Translations under genes and position numbers: made by a program
Notes under the pieces: model-generated
What the model was told of the DNA's origin: nothing
The model's input: only the letters and a program-made list of their open reading frames with translations
The model's database searches: none
DNA from: Octopus bimaculoides
Taxonomy: Eukaryota
Assembly (NCBI RefSeq): GCF_001194135.2
Contig: NC_068982.1
Location: 51,009,069 to 51,045,071, forward strand
Length of the DNA: 36,003 nucleotides
Direction of reading: 5' to 3'
Shown here: piece by piece, positions 33,498 to 36,003 of the stretch
Layout of the letters: each line of letters starts with the position of its first letter
Numbering within the stretch: the stretch's first letter is position 1

Positions 33498-35033
33498 AAT
33501 GAAAATGTGGTTAGAATGGAAATGTGAATAGCTGGAGTGTGGTCCAAGAGTCCTAGTGTGTTATTGAAGAAGTCTACCATAGTTTGAGACTAGTTTCAGA
33601 CTCAAAAGACAAATACTAGGGAGATCTAATCAATTACTTCCGTTCCTAAAATATCGCAGTCACTATGCTATTTCAAGGATAGACGCGGAAAGAGGGAAGA
33701 GTAGAACGAATGGAAATAGGCTTCAGATTTTGAAGTGACGTGAACAAGAAAGAATAAAATACTTATTATTACACAGATGCGTGTGTGAGAAGAATACAAG
33801 TATATGGAATGTTGTAAAGAAAAAAGGGGTAAATAATAATGAAATTATTTACGAACTCCGACTCTAGCCTTGGTGGTACTGTGAACAATTTATTGTTTGA
33901 AGAAAATATTGAAGGCCCACGTCTTATCGCAGAAAATATCATTGATGAAATAAATAATATAAATGCTAAACTGTAGGAATGAGTTTTTCAGGCTCTAATG
34001 ACGGTTTACTTTGTTCTCAAGATGGTGATTTCTAATATTTTGCAGAAGATGATTAATGATAACTTGATATCTTTTTTATATATTTATCACGCTTGGCTGA
34101 TTGCTATGTAACCTATCCTATTCATTGAAATATCATTCTCTATTAGAATGCGTCCAAATTTTCCTATTGATTGTTGTTACTAATATTAATGAAATATTTC
34201 CTTTGTCCGTACGCATCTATAATAATTTATGCATATTTATTATATTTTACTACTTACTTTGTTACAGTTTTTCTGATATATTTTGCTGTTTTGGCATGTT
34301 CCAATATTCACTTATACCGATGTACAGTATTTCTTTCCATACTGAGTAAATTTAATTTATTTTCCTTTCAAGGCTAGCATAATGTTACTATATATGATTT
34401 CGGACTTGATTTCAATATATACCGCTCTTACATGCAGAAAATCATAACTTTTTTTTCTCAAAACCACTTAAAAATTACTTTCACTACAAGTATAATGAAA
34501 CACAACCTATCTATCTATCTATCTATCTATCTAACTAGCTCTCTTAACTATCTAACTATATATATACTTACACATATACATATTTATACATATGCAGGTA
34601 ATATGTATATGTGTATGTGTATGTATGTGTGTGTATGTACACGCACTCGCACATACGTACTTACACATATACGCACACATCGTAAGATCGTGGGTTCGAT
34701 TCTCAGACCGGCGATACAACTCACCCTATGTCTCATTTAGGAACGATAGCCATCGATGTTTCGCTATTTTTGTGGCTTATCAACATGACATACCTGAACC
34801 ATACTGGAGGCAAATTGAATAGCAATGCATACAATACACAATATATGTGCTTTACTAGTTCGCCGGTCGGCTACGATTCGACGGGGTGGAGGTATATGTG
34901 TACTCGATAATGTTTACAACACTCTCACAGCTTATCATTCATATTTGAATTTATTCCTACGTATACATCATTTCGACATACCAGCCGATGGTTTTTACAC
35001 CATTTTACATATAGTCATGGACAGGCTATTGAA

Positions 35034-35036
<3 letters not shown>

Positions 35037-35108
<72 letters not shown>
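35037..35108 (+). repeat. (TG)n microsatellite, about 36 units
   Basis: Read directly from sequence. Confidence 0.95.
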
Positions 35109-35110
<2 letters not shown>

Positions 35111-35836
35111 GGGTCATCCCATGAACAATGCATGAAATAAAAGACGGAGGGGGGCATGATAAACTAAATCAACTTGCTATAAAAGCAGATACTAATTTCA
35201 ACTTTCTTTAATGTTAGTGCAAGTTTTGAAGAGTGCAGTTTGATATTAACAGGGGTTTTTTTTAAGCTATAATGGAAGTAACAAAGGAGCATATTCGGCA
35301 TATTTTGCTTTATGAGTTCAATAAAGGCAACAAGTGCGAGGAATATTAATGCATTATATGGGGATTGGACAATAAGCGTAAGTCAGTGTTAACAGTGGTT
35401 CCAGAAATTCCGAGCCAGAAACTACAGACAAGAAGACGAGCCTTATCCTGGAAGGTCTGTAGAGCTCGACGAGGACGTCCTGAATACCCTGGTGGAACAG
35501 AATCCCATGGCAACTGTTGAGGAACTAGCAGCAGAGAAGCTTGGATTTGATCATTCAACCATTCATCGACAACTGCGTGCCATAGGAAAAGGATCGTATT
35601 TGGTTTCAAGACGAAATCAGGATAATGCTCGGCCACATATAGCGAGGATGACATTCCAGAGGCTGGACAGTTTGAATGGGAAACAATGCCCCACACACCA
35701 TATTCGCCGAACATTGTCCCATCTAAGTATCATTTATTCTACAAACTTCAAAATCATTTGGACGGAAAAAATATGAACTCGGTAGACGAGGTCAGAACAG
35801 TACTGGAGGAGTATTTTTCATCTAGGACACTACAAG
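35109..35836 (+). mobile_element. mariner (DD34D family) relic with large internal deletion
   Basis: ATG at 35272: MEVTKEHIRHILLYEFNKG...QWFQKFR...DEPYPGRS...HSTIHRQLRAIGK joined almost directly to QDNARPH...HTPYSPNIVPSKYHLF; frameshifts and a stop. Confidence 0.9.
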
Positions 35837-35869
35837 GTTTTTACCCGAATCTCATTTAACTATAAATAC

Positions 35870-36003
35870 ATTTCTTTTATTAGCCACACAGGGCTCAACG
35901 AAGATGGGACAAATACAATGTAGAGCTTTTCTTTTTGGGAGGGGGAAGGAAAAAAAAAGGGGGGTCGATCAAAAGGGATCGTAGGAAGGAAAAGGGGGTA
36001 GTT
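35870..36003 (-). mobile_element. Probable non-LTR retrotransposon 3' tail
   Basis: Minus strand pyrimidine-rich UTR-like segment ending TGTGTGGCTAATAAAAGAAAT; lies just past the mariner truncation. Family not assignable. Confidence 0.35.

Overview
AT-rich, microsatellite-dense eukaryotic DNA with 12 N-gaps, most likely intronic or intergenic sequence from an octopus (coleoid) short-read assembly. The species is inferred from the SINE families and repeat style, not verified. I recognise no intact protein-coding gene. Most ORF-track entries are translations of gaps, (CA)n/(TA)n/(TACA)n repeats or decayed transposases. Supported content: about 18 copies or fragments of three tRNA-headed SINE families; six decayed Tc1/mariner-superfamily relics (DUF4817-like DDxD, Tc1 DD34E, maT DD37D, three mariner pieces); two ~220 bp mariner-derived MITEs; a pogo/Tigger-like MITE with a perfect internal 19-bp array; and probable LINE 3' ends, one RLE-type and embedded in (TACA)n. 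Most interesting leads: up to four dispersed minimal type-I hammerhead-ribozyme-like scaffolds with palindromic stem III (Penelope/retrozyme style, all degenerate), and a speculative + strand model joining an MGNC-start exon to a 26-nt microexon. Three exact duplications flanking gaps are probably assembly artefacts.
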